NCBI RefSeq assembly: GCF_000143415.4
Contig: NW_003314276.1
Coordinates: forward strand, 1,137,434-1,201,433
DNA length: 64,000 nt
Direction of reading: 5' to 3'
Origin: Selaginella moellendorffii
Taxonomy: Eukaryota; Plantae; Lycopodiophyta
Positions 35,792 through 47,189 of this stretch are shown here, piece after piece. How positions within the stretch are numbered: the first letter of the stretch is position 1; each line of letters opens with the position of its first letter. The position numbers and the translations under genes are program-made. The notes beneath the pieces are model-generated. The model was not told the DNA's origin. It saw only the letters and a program-made list of their open reading frames with translations, and ran no database searches.

Positions 35792-38076
35792 CTATCCTTG
35801 TACGGTGGCTACTTGCAAGTCGTCCGGAGCATCCGCATTTTCTATGCTGGCGGCGAGTTCGTCGTCGGAGAAGCAGTTTATCGACTGTATGGCATCCCCG
35901 ATGTTAAAAGTTGAGAGTTCAGACTTGCAGAGCTTTTCGAAGGTTCCAAACCGCGCACCCTCTAGACCGCTCGATGAAAGCCTTGCGGCGATAGTGTTCA
36001 ACTTTTTCCTCTTTGTCTTGATGCTTTCGAGAGCTTGTGAAAACTCCTCCGAGGAACGCAAGCTCTTAAAAGCCAGGAACGCTGCATTCTCGGACACCGG
36101 AATAACTTCCACCTCGGATGAGAACTGAGTCTCTTCGAAGCAGCTCTTTACCAGTTTCTGAAGCTGGCGGGATGAACCAACTGGGTCCTGTGACCAGACA
36201 ATAACCGCGGCATCACTGGCAGGACGTCGGGCTGAGTAGCTTTCTCGTTCCGGCAATGCTTTAGAGCCTTTGGCTTCTTTCCCCGTCTTCAAGTCCAGCA
36301 CGAAATGACCAGCCCAGCCCATGTAGAGAAGGTTGGAAAACTCCGAGATAGCGTGGGTTCCACGAAGGATTTTTTTCGAGAGTGCATAAAACTCGGTAGG
36401 ATTGGAGACCACTGTCCGCCACAGCTGGGCAAAGATTGCACCCGTCATATAAGCATCAAATCCTGCTTCATGTTTTAACTCCGCGTCAGAGTACCTGAAA
36501 CGGCCAGCTTATAAAAATCTGAGAGGAGAAATGTGTGTCACTCACTTGTGAAAGCCATCAGCAATTTCCACGTTCACTGTTGAATGTGCCTTCGTTTTGG
36601 TGTTTTTCTTCGCATCCTCACCAAAGTAGTAGGAATACACGGGGTACAAAGACGTGGTACTGATGCTCGTCCGAAGAACTTTGAGCATGTACTTCGTATC
36701 TATGACGGCGGGAAAGAGTTCGTGAATGACGTTGCAGAAACCGGAATAATTATCCGGGAGTGGTCCAATAAACTTGTTGTAGATGTGAGCAAGATCTAAC
36801 CATGAAGAAAAAATAAGTGAGGTAAAGAGGAAACAAAAAAAAAAAAACAGAACGAACCTAGAACGCAGTTATGGCCCACGATGGGTTTTTTCGACTCCGA
36901 GATTGCATCAATTACTTGCCGAAAACCCACTGCCTCCATCACATCACACTCCATGAGATCCAGCTTTGCCTTGTCAAGGTCGGCCTAGACAAGCATATTT
37001 TAAACCGCTAGTGACATTTGTCGCTACAAAATAGTACCTGTAATGCAATTTTGTGCTCCGAGGACCCAGTGTAGATGACTTTCACCTGTGTCGCCTCTTT
37101 CTCATTATCTTCGATCATAGGCACCAAATCGTCGAAGTTACTACTCACGGCCTGAAATTTTGACACACTATCAGAGAAAGAAGAAGAAAGGAAGACAATG
37201 GTACCTTCAAAACAAGTTTTGCTTGGCGCTTGTCAGAAACGTTGATGACTAGAGAAGGAAGTGGAGCTTCATCGTCAGGCATGGAAGAACGACCAGAAGA
37301 CTCCTCCTGCTTGGCTTTGTGCTTGGCCATGATTTTGGACGCACGCCATAAACCAACTTGGAGTCTAACTCTCTCGCTGAAAATCAAGTCGGATGTCTTA
37401 CGCATGGAAACTTCAGGAAGTTCGTCCTCCCCTTTTTTTGCAAGCAATGCCCGAAGTTTCCCTTCTTCTTTCCTTGATAGATACGAGATTCCTGCACTAA
37501 ACGGCTTTTGCATAAGATCAAAACAAAAATCATCACAAGATTACCATTGTATATGCAAGCATTGAAATCGAAATGGTGCTTTGCCAGAAACTCTAGTGAC
37601 GATGTCTGGCATAAGAAGTCGCGCTCAAGAACGAGCTCGTTTCGAGGAAACAAGAAAAAATTAAACCTGTTACAATGAAGCATGAAGAAAACGAGAGGAG
37701 AAAAAAAATTCGAGAGAAGAGTGTTTACTTACGGGTGTCCCAAGAACTTGGAAGAAGCCTGATCGTATCGAAACAAGCACAAGCCACATTGCAGCAACGA
37801 GAATTTCTCTGCCGAATCCCTCACGTTGTGATACCTCGTCTCCAGCGTGTCGAGCTCCATGCTCTTGCGCCAGGGCGCGCTGTGCACCCCCGACATCTCT
37901 AGGTCCATCGCCACGAAATCCGCCTCGCGGAGGAGGCCCTTGAGCCGCTGGAATGCAGCCCCGAAATTCTGGCGCGTGATCGCGTGAGAGGAATCGCGCA
38001 CGACTGCGCTGCAAAACAACCTAATGCCGCTACCAGCGACGCGAGCGCGGCGAGGTAGCGCTCTCCAGAGCGCCAT
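35792..38076 (-). CDS. PARN: Poly(A)-specific ribonuclease PARN-like (CAF1/DEDD family), multi-exon
   Basis: ADFVAMDLEMSG, AEKFSLLQCGLCLF, FNFFLFPRNE, CQTSSLEFLAKHHFDFNACIYNGISYLS, GHNCVLDL and HEAGFDAYMTG. The Arg-rich, acid-poor N-terminus resembles a transit peptide. Confidence 0.9.
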
Positions 38077-38086
38077 TCTTCTCCAA

Positions 38087-38101
38087 AAACCCTAAACCCT
38101 A
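38087..38101. promoter_or_regulatory. Telo-box (AAACCCTA) pair immediately upstream of the PARN ATG
   Basis: AAACCCTAAACCCTA about 10-25 bp upstream of the start codon. Confidence 0.5.
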
Positions 38102-38679
38102 GCTAGCGGGAAAACAAACCAATCTAAACCTTGACGAGTCTAAACATTCATTGACCAAGTCTTGACTACGGAATCAAAGCTTAGAGTCCACGATGTAATA
38201 AATAAACTCTCATCCAATTAGAGCGCGCCACAGTCAAAGTTAAAGCCTGTGATTGAAGCTTTTTGCGCGTCCTCCAGTACTTCGTGGCTCTCACAGCGCA
38301 AGAACAAGGACGTTTGAGAAAGGGAAAACAATGGCCAAACAAAGGGAAAGAAATTTTTTAACGGACGTGGGGGTGGCTATCGTGCCACTTCGTGGTTGGA
38401 CGATCACAGAGAGGTGGTACATGCTCCCTCGAATTCCTTGCTTGCGATTGCGTCCTTTTTAATTCATTTTGATGAGCATTGCCACGGAGAGCCTGGCAGC
38501 ATCAGCTTTGATTTCCTTTTCTTTGGTTCCCCCAGGAATCGACGCTTTCGACACTGCAAGTGCGCAAAATATCTCTTTAGTTTTGTGGATAAAAGCATTA
38601 GCTCGAAACAAGAGAAAGAAAGCTTTTTTTTTGGCAATCGAAGGATCAAAGACATGATCGTTGATGTTAAGTGTCCCAA

Positions 38680-39100
38680 TGCAAGTCAATGAATGGGAAA
38701 GGGATATTTACCTGTGGTTTCTATAGTTGCTCAATGGTTTTCGAGCATCTGGTTTCTCCAAAGCACGCGGACGATGGTATACGACACAGGAAAGCGTCGT
38801 GAAATCAAACGCTGCAATGCAAGACAGAAGAATTAGCTCTAAGAGACTTAAAAAGTAGTTTTGAAAAGAAACAAAATAAGCAAAATTAAGCAGAAGCATG
38901 CCAGTGTTTCTCTGCAAGTCAATGAATGCGAGAGATATTTACCTGTAGTTTTTATTTTGTTCTTCGAGCATCTGGATCCAAACTTATCTTCCAAAGCAAT
39001 CAGAAAATGGTACACGACACTTCGTGAAATCAAAGGCTGCAGTACAAGACAGAAAACTTTAACCAAGAGACTTAATAAAACGAAGTTCTGAAAGGAAAAA
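38680..39100. repeat. Diverged tandem duplication of about 233 bp containing minus-strand exon-like units
   Basis: TGCAAGTCAATGAATG..GATATTTACCTGT at 38680 and 38913. CGTGAAATCAAA.GCTGCA..CAAGACAGAA is present in both copies. Confidence 0.75.
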
Positions 39101-40347
39101 AAAGAGAGAAAAAAACAGGAAATTTACCTCGTTTCGTGCTGAAATCTTTCGGGTTTATCGCCAAAGAAATCCTAAAAACACGTTCGTGTTCACGACGCGC
39201 AGCATCCCAGCCTCGTGACAGCTTAATGCTGCTCACATAGGTTTTTTTTTTAAAATAATCTCCGCCAGCGAAGACAAGGAAAGAATTCCGAGGCGGGACA
39301 AAAAAGCTTCCAGGAAACCAATTGCAAGCCTACCTCATTGTGCCCGTGCCGTGCATCTCACTTCCTCTTTCTCCTCACTCGCAGGCTCACAGCTGCTGGC
39401 AGCGATCCATCCAAATCCTGCCACAGCCGAGCGCGATGCGTAGCGACGAAATGGATGATGGCGCCGGTGGCCCGACTGACACAAAACCCCCTTAAACCCT
39501 AATCTCCGTGCCCAAGAACCCTAATCCCTGCCCACGTGGCGATAACGATGATCCCACTGACGCACGATCGAATCCGTGGGGCCTCTACCAAAATTTTCCA
39601 AGCGCGAATATAATGCGGCTGTGAACGGCGGCCTGACGGCCAAGCAAGGCAGCCGGCCGGTAGTTTCGCCACGCGTCGCTATTGGAGACTTCTTAGCCGT
39701 TGGCCTCCAGCACGGACGGCCCAGATCCAGTCTCCAGAGCCTTCGCCCGCTAATCCTATCTCAAACGCGTCATTAGCGCTAATGCTCGGCCTGTGCGGCC
39801 AGCACGTGGCGGCGGGGTGGCCGTCGATGCGGTCCATCACACGGTCAAGAACGCCGTCACTAATGCGTGTGCTCAATAGGGCTACATTTTGTATGCGTCT
39901 GTCGGCCTAGGGTTTGACGAGCCAGGAGGTGGAAGAGCGTCGCGATCTGTGAGGGAGCGCGGCTACAGGATTTCTTGTCGATTTGCTCGCCTCGATCGGC
40001 AACCAGTGGTTTCCCCTCACATTTCTGCCAGGAGTAACAGTGATCTCCTCGACGCACCCGTCGCCTCTCCTCGCCGAGGCGCTCTCTTTTGTTTCTGGAG
40101 TAGAGGATGATCCAGATCTGGCATTTGCATTGAGGACGCTCCCAGGGATCCCGATGTGATTCGTCCGGATCGAAATTTTGGCCCCCCTCTCTGGCTCGGT
40201 TGTGGAGAGTTCCTCGCCGCGAAGAGTCTTCCGTCTGAGAGGTATGCGGAAGCTCGGAATCTCCATTCCATCCTAGAAATATTGTGCTTAACGGGCTCTG
40301 CGCGGCTGCCCTCTCTCTTTCAGGCCAGATCTCTCCATCTCGCCAAG

Positions 40348-42363
40348 ATGAGGAGCTTCCAGGGACCTGTCCAGATTCAGAAGCCCATGGCCTTGCCCGA
40401 GGTCTGCTATGGCGGATTGTCTGGCATCCATGCGGCTCAGCTTCGCGAAGTGGGGCGACGGCGCATAATCGTGCAAATCGACACCGGCAATGTGCTTGGC
40501 TTGGAGCTGGACAGGTCCGAGAAAGTCCAGTCCGTGAAGAAGAAGGTCCAGGCAGCGCTGTCCGTCCCGACTGAGCAGAGCGCGCTGGTTTTCGGCGACC
40601 ATGTCATCGAGGACGATCTCAGTGAGGTCCGGAGCGACACTCCACTCTTGTTGACGCGGGGACTGCACAGGAGCTCTTCCACGCCGTGCCTGTCGCCAAC
40701 GCTAGATGTCTCCCCGCCCAAGGACTGGAGCCAGCCAGTGGAGCTTGTGGGAGGCTCGTCCGAGTGCTCTCCGGCCATGAAGCAGCTGATTCAAGACTCG
40801 GTGGAGGCGATCCATGGCGGCGTGGTGCCGGTGCTGGCCACTGGTGGTCTGGGCGGAGCCTACTACTTCAAGGACTCGAGCGGACAGAGCATTGCCATCG
40901 TCAAGCCGACTGACGAGGAGCCCTTTGCGCCCAACAATCCCAAGGGGTTCGTGGGCAGGGTGCTGGGGGAGCCGGGGCTCAAGAGGTCGATTCGTGTTGG
41001 CGAGACGGGCGTTCGGGAAGTAGCAGCTTACTTGCTGGACTACGGGAACTTTGCGCGAGTCCCTGCGACATCTCTGGTGAAAGTTCGTCACTCGGTCTTC
41101 AACGTTAACAGGGAGATCAGTGTGAGCTACCAGGGGGAGGGGTCGCCCGTTGCAAAGATTGCCTCTTTCCAGCAGTTCGTGAAGCACGACAGTGACGCAA
41201 GTGACATTGGGACGTCCAGTTTTCCGGTCTCGGCAGTTCATCGCATTGGCATTCTGGATGTCCGGATCTTTAACACTGATCGACACGGTGGTAACATTCT
41301 TGTGCGCAAGGTGGAGAATGCGGGGTGGAGAGGTGGTTCTTTCGAGCTGGTTCCCATCGATCACGGGCTCTGCTTGCCCGAGACTCTGGACGACCCTTAC
41401 TTCGAGTGGCTCCACTGGCCACAAGCCTCGATGCCGTTTTCAGAGGAGGAGCTGGAATACATACAGGCACTGGATCCTTACGAGGACGCGGAAATGCTCC
41501 GGAGGGAGCTGCCGATGCTGAGGGAAGGCTGCCTTCGGATGCTGGTCCTCTGCACCATCTTTTTGAAGAACGCGGCTCGCTCGGGGCTGACTCTCGCGGA
41601 GATAGGCGCCATGATGAGCCGTGAGCTTTGTGGTGACAACGAGGAACTCAGTGAGCTGGAAAAGGTCTGTATGGTGGCCAAGCTTCAGGCGGACAAGGCT
41701 TTGGCCGAGGAAGCTGAGGAGGAGGAGGAGGAGGATCAGATCGATGAGGAGGACCTGGAGCTGGAAGACGACATCCTGGGCAACTTCTCGATCGAGATTG
41801 ACGAGGAATCGGGTGGTGAAGTGGTTGCTGATGAAGCGGATAAAGCAGCGGAGGAAGAGGAGGAGGGGGAGATGCTGCACGACGCCATCCTGGGCGAGCT
41901 CGGGAAGAACAATCCCGGAAACGGCTACTACGCCGGACGGAACGTTCTACTCCGCCTTCGTCCGTTTGGAAGTCCCAAGTACAGCAGCTACTACAAGAAC
42001 AGACAAGACACCAACAAGCTGCGGAGGTATTTCAGTGCGCGCAACACTTGCTCGCTTTCACATCAGCGCCACCACCACCACCACCACCACCACCATCGCC
42101 GCCGCCGCTCCTCATCTTCGTCGACTGGGTCAGCGGCAGCAGCGGCGCCATCAACACCAGTAACATCGTCGGCACCGGGAGCAGCAGCAGTGGCAATCCC
42201 AGCGGGGGACACTCCGGAGAACTTGGTGTTCTCTGCGATGAGCGACGAGGAGTGGGAGGCGTTCCTGGGACAGTTTGAGGAGCTGCTTGAGGATGCGTTC
42301 GTCCGGCGCAAGACTGACAACCTCAATTTTGTACAGAGGCTGGGAACATCTTGCCAGTTTTAA
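40348..42363 (+). CDS. Type II phosphatidylinositol 4-kinase gamma (ubiquitin-like domain kinase, PI4Kgamma5/6/7-like), intronless CDS
   Basis: N-terminal UBL-like region, GGLGGAYYF, IVKPTDEEPFAPNNPKGF, ILDVRIFNTDRHGGNILV, LVPIDHGLCLPE, C-terminal QRLGTSCQF. A polypyrimidine-AG at 40323 implies a 5' UTR intron. Confidence 0.95.
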   Translation: MRSFQGPVQIQKPMALPEVCYGGLSGIHAAQLREVGRRRIIVQIDTGNVLGLELDRSEKVQSVKKKVQAALSVPTEQSALVFGDHVIEDDLSEVRSDTPLLLTRGLHRSSSTPCLSPTLDVSPPKDWSQPVELVGGSSECSPAMKQLIQDSVEAIHGGVVPVLATGGLGGAYYFKDSSGQSIAIVKPTDEEPFAPNNPKGFVGRVLGEPGLKRSIRVGETGVREVAAYLLDYGNFARVPATSLVKVRHSVFNVNREISVSYQGEGSPVAKIASFQQFVKHDSDASDIGTSSFPVSAVHRIGILDVRIFNTDRHGGNILVRKVENAGWRGGSFELVPIDHGLCLPETLDDPYFEWLHWPQASMPFSEEELEYIQALDPYEDAEMLRRELPMLREGCLRMLVLCTIFLKNAARSGLTLAEIGAMMSRELCGDNEELSELEKVCMVAKLQADKALAEEAEEEEEEDQIDEEDLELEDDILGNFSIEIDEESGGEVVADEADKAAEEEEEGEMLHDAILGELGKNNPGNGYYAGRNVLLRLRPFGSPKYSSYYKNRQDTNKLRRYFSARNTCSLSHQRHHHHHHHHHRRRRSSSSSTGSAAAAAPSTPVTSSAPGAAAVAIPAGDTPENLVFSAMSDEEWEAFLGQFEELLEDAFVRRKTDNLNFVQRLGTSCQF

Positions 42364-42815
42364 GTGTGGTGAGTAGTTTCCCTTCAATGTATAATGTAGA
42401 TAGCGTGAGAGAGAAAAGAGAGAGAGGGAGGGAGATGGATATTTTTTTTTTTCTAGTAGTGTTAGTGAGTGAGTGTTCTTTCTTTTTCCCTTGCGAGCTC
42501 GCTAGCTAGCTACAGAGCCGAGCGACGAGAAGCCATAGCCAGCAAGCAGGAGCAGCTTTTGTTTGGATAAACGAAGAAAAAAAGAGTTTTTGTAAGCGTG
42601 TCCTACGGTAGAACGCTAGCTGTCCGTACAATTTTCTTTATACGGTATAACTTTAGGTGTTCGTACTGAGTACGGCAGGACATTCTTTGTACGGTAGATC
42701 ATGGGAGGCCGTTATGGGGGCAGAGGGTTTTTAAAAACTCGGCGTTAAGGGTTTAAAAGTTTTTTTAGGGCTGAGGTGCAATGTAGCTGGAGCTGGCCGC
42801 GAGAGCGCTCGATCC

Positions 42816-44646
42816 ATGGCGAAGGCCGCGTCGCCGGGGGCGGATTTGGGGAAGAAGGGGATGGCTTCCCGAATCTGGTGCGTGCTGGACTCGAATGGGG
42901 AGCCGGTGACGCTGGACATGGACAAGGCGGCGGTGATGCACCGGGCGGGGATCCATGCTCGGGATTTGCGCATTCTGGACCCGCTTCTGTCGTATCCATC
43001 CACGATTCTAGGTCGGGAGAGGGCGATTGTGCTCAATTTGGAGGTATGTAGCTCAGCGACATCGCTATTTGGCTCACGCCGTGGCTTGAATCAATGCGCA
43101 GCATATCAAAGCGATCATCACTGCCGAGGAGGTGAGCTCCATCCAGTTCTTCCTCCTGTGATCCTTCCTTCTCTCTTTTTGTGTGAATATTTCCCAGGTG
43201 CTACTCCGCAATCCAACCAACGAGCATGTCATTCCAATTGTGGAGGAACTACGTCGACGCTTGCCTCTCCAGACTCTGGAAAATGGAGCCGAGGGTCTCG
43301 CGCTTTTGGAGAGAACAGACAGCAAAAAATCCGGAAGAAAGTCAAGCGTGCAAAGTGACCCCGAACGGGGTGAAGGTGAGTTGCTAGAAACAGAGTTTCC
43401 TTCCTCTCATTTTCCATATTTCAGTCACCCCTTTCGAGTTTCGGGCTTTGGAAGTAGCACTGGAAGCGATTTGCAGCTTTTTGGACGCACGAACAACCGA
43501 GCTGGAAACTTCGGCATACCCGGCTCTAGACGAGCTCACGTCAAAGGTAAAGCCTCTTTCTCGTCGAACAGCATACTAGAGCTACGAGTTTTCCAGACAT
43601 TCATGAGCGCTGGCTTGCATCTTCCTCGCTCATTGTATCTGGAATGCAGATCAGCAGCCGGAACTTGGATCGTGTCAGGAAGTTGAAGAGTGGAATGACT
43701 CGGCTCATTTCTCGTGTCCAAAAGGTAGTCATGCTTTTCGTGCCTTGTCCTTCCCATTATTTCGTTGTTGATATCACAGGTAAGAGACGAGCTTGAGCAA
43801 CTCTTAGATGACGATGACGATATGGCCGAGCTATTCCTCACGAGAAAGGCAGGCTCCTCGACACTAACTCCAGCCTTGCTGAGTAATTTTCCTGCGTCGC
43901 CAGTGCTTGGCTCAAAGCTTTCGGCAGTGAGCAGAACAAAGTCTCTTGCCTCTACTCACGGCAGTGACGACGATGTTGAAGAAGTGGAAATGCTGCTCGA
44001 GGTACTCAGCTTGCGTACAACACGGTTTATTTGCTTTTGCTTACACTTAGACATGGTTTCTTTTATTCAGTGCTACTTCATGCAAGTGGATGGTACTCTG
44101 AACAAGCTTAACACGGTGAGTTCGTCCATTCGCCCCAGTGACTGAGCTAACTAGCTGCGTTTCACATCCTTCCAGCTTCGTGAATACATAGATGACACGG
44201 AAGACTACATAAATATCCAGGTTTATTTCCTCTTTCGCGTTTCCCTTAATGAAACTTAGTATGTCAATGTTGCAGCTTGACAACCACCGCAATCAACTTA
44301 TACAGGTTGAAAGTGGTGCTGATTCCTCCTTCTCGCTGACTTTATCCGATGTGTCGATTCCAGTTGGAGCTAGTTCTCAACGCGGCTACGCTGGCAATGG
44401 CGTTGTATTCGCTGGTGGCTGGAATTTTTGGGATGAACATACCTTATCCCTGGAACGACGACCACGCCTACCTTTTTAAATGGGTTTGCAATCTCTTGCG
44501 TTGCTCTCCATGGTTCGTTCATTCACAACATTGTGTTTTTGGTTTTATCCTGACCGCAGGTCGTGGTTGCGGGGTGTATGCTTTGCGTTGGTTTGTTCTC
44601 CATCGTCATGGCCTACGCTCGCCATAAAGGCCTCGTTGGGACGTGA
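42816..44646 (+). CDS. MRS2: MRS2/MGT (CorA-like) magnesium transporter, about 11 exons
   Basis: [31 protein letters not shown]|[52 protein letters not shown], and a TM segment with the GMN motif (GIFGMNIP). TGA at 44644-44646. Confidence 0.95.
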
Positions 44647-45679
44647 AGAAAAGATTTTCCGGCTGTAAATAATTCATAGAATCAAAAATCTTCTGACCGA
44701 GAGCTTGGCTCTAGTTCTCTTGCGTGACTATGTACGAAGATGGTGAAGTCTGACGGGAACAACACCAAAAACCATATGCAAATGGCGTTGCAAGAGGCCT
44801 TTGTTTTAGCCGCTAGTGTTGACAAAATATGTCTGCAAATGAAAGAATTTGCTAGATGCTTTAAATCTTGTTGCACGCAACTAAGTTTTATGAGAGTTCA
44901 AGCACCGCCCATGGTCTCTTGCCATTACAATTCTGAAGTGTCATGCTATTGACTACCACATGCCTCCTTTATAATGCTGCAGTTTCATATGAGGTTGTCG
45001 TTCAGAAGGTGCTGAAGGACTACTTAGTTGCATTGTACATTGCTCAGGGACTACCAGCTAGGCTCATGATGACTTTCAACTAAAATTAAATTCTAGATAA
45101 TACAAAACATTTCATAATAATATATTTGTGTAGCTAAGTATTATCTCTATATGATGATGAAATACATTTTCAGTTAATACAAAGATATAGCAAATATATA
45201 ATATCATCCCCCATTAACATTTAGCACTGAGCAGTAACTAAAGACTTGATTAAAGTGGATATTGTTAATAGAATTTTGTAATTATGTTAGAAGCATGAGC
45301 AAAATGAGAAGCAGGTTTCCACTTTAAGTTAATCACTACCATACCAATATTTAGAATCAAGCAACCGTAAGAGTAGTGATCTAAAGAGGAGGAGGTGGTG
45401 GAATACAAGGAAGATCTATGATACAGCCATTGTCCAGGAAAGGCATGCCCATGGAGCATGTCCAAAGCAAATCCTCTAGCATGTGGCCATGCCTACAATC
45501 CTAGAACTTAGAGCAATCCTTCATTAATTGCACAGGCCTAGACCACCCAAGATCTTCAATATGCATAAAATCCATCATTCTAGCATACCACCTTCCATCA
45601 CCATACCAGAACATCCTGTTGCAGCCCCGCTTTGAAGCCAAGCCATGTTGCTCACTTTGTAAAGAATATGACATTTTCC

Positions 45680-45912
45680 TTGAGGCATGAAATCTAAGGA
45701 GTTAAGACTGAGTTTGTGGCAGCCCACTAATGAAATACTGCGGGAGTGTATACCAATGCCTTCCACCTCAAATGTCTTTCAAGAGCTGCTGAAGAAAACA
45801 CTGCTTTATGCCTTTTGAGGTGGAAGGCATCGGTATACACTCCCGCAGTATTTCATTGCCTCAGTGGGTTGCCATAAATTCAGTCTCAACTCCTTAAATT
45901 TCATGCCTTCAA
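45680..45912. repeat. Long imperfect inverted repeat (arms of about 90-100 bp, loop about 41 nt); candidate hairpin RNA
   Basis: 45683-45772 is the reverse complement of 45814-45908 except for six transitions and one 5-nt indel. Confidence 0.9.
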
Positions 45913-47189
45913 GACTGGTGTCTACTGTAAGACACTGCTTGGTCCAAGAGCTGTTGTAAAACCATGGATGAAGGAAGATCAAGCTAGTAAATGAACTAAA
46001 GATATTGCAAGAGTGTGTGGTCTTCCTATAGGCCAAACCTTTGATCAAATTGAAAAAGAAGGCTAAATTAGAAACTTCTTTATAAATAGAATCCAAAATA
46101 GTAACATGAGTAACAACATAATTAGTAGCATACTATTATCATAGTTCTTGAGTAAAATATCAACCATTTTAACTAGTCTAACACATTAATAAAATTGAGT
46201 GTGGTTTGTTGCAGGGATGTCACTTTGTAGTATATAGTTAGCCTATATAGTTTAAAGACAAACTACAAAATTAGACAAATGTGCTCCTAGTGTTATAAGC
46301 AGAAGGAAGTAAATGAACTCAATTATTTTATTCATGAGAAATAAAAAATTGAATTTATTGTTCAAAATTTTGAATAGTATACTTTGATTACAAGTTAATT
46401 TGAGGATGGTGAAATGTTGAAGGAAAGAAACTAGTCAAAACGTGAATATAAATTAAGGATTTTGATAATTGACATTATCATGAAAGTGGAAGATCTCCTT
46501 GTAGATAAGCTTAGTTGATGTTCTCCATTAATCATTTTCTAACATGCAGTTAGAAATGTCCCATTTTAAAAACTAGTAAACCACAACTCAAATCCTTAAG
46601 AAAGTGAAAGAACAATGAAGAAATCTATAGAAATAAATTTTAAAGACCTTGGATCAAAAGAAAGTGGTTGTAAAAGACCAAATATAAGATGTTAAGGCAT
46701 TTTAATCTGTTAACATATATTGCAAGTACAGATGAAACATATTGTATTTATATTAATTTTCACATCTAAAGCTGTGTTTTGCAAGATAATTAGTTATCTT
46801 CAGCTGTTTTAAAAAAAACTTAGAAGAGCTCAGCTTATTATTAGCTTTTAGAAATACTTTATTTCCTACCTATAATATCAACCTCACAAGGGTATGTTAC
46901 TTAAAGTCTTCCTGAGAAAGATTTCTTCTTATGTTATAAAATAGATAATTAATTTTAGTCATGTTAAAAATGACATGGGTCCCATTCTTCTTTAGTTGGG
47001 GACATGTGGAGCATATAAGCAGACCTAGTACAAATGGCATTATTATAATAATATAGCTCTTTATAGCTTTGTTATTTTTAAGGTAATGATGTTATATTAT
47101 TTTTGACTAAGGAAAAATTTTGGTAATCTCTTGATGCTGATAAAATAACATCAATTTAGACTTTAATTTGGAAAAAAAAATTAATAATT

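Noticed and set aside
40156-40347. 64-aa N-terminal extension of PI4K-gamma from a GTG start
   Set aside because: Non-ATG start, and it crosses a polypyrimidine-AG acceptor at 40323; probably 5' UTR intron.
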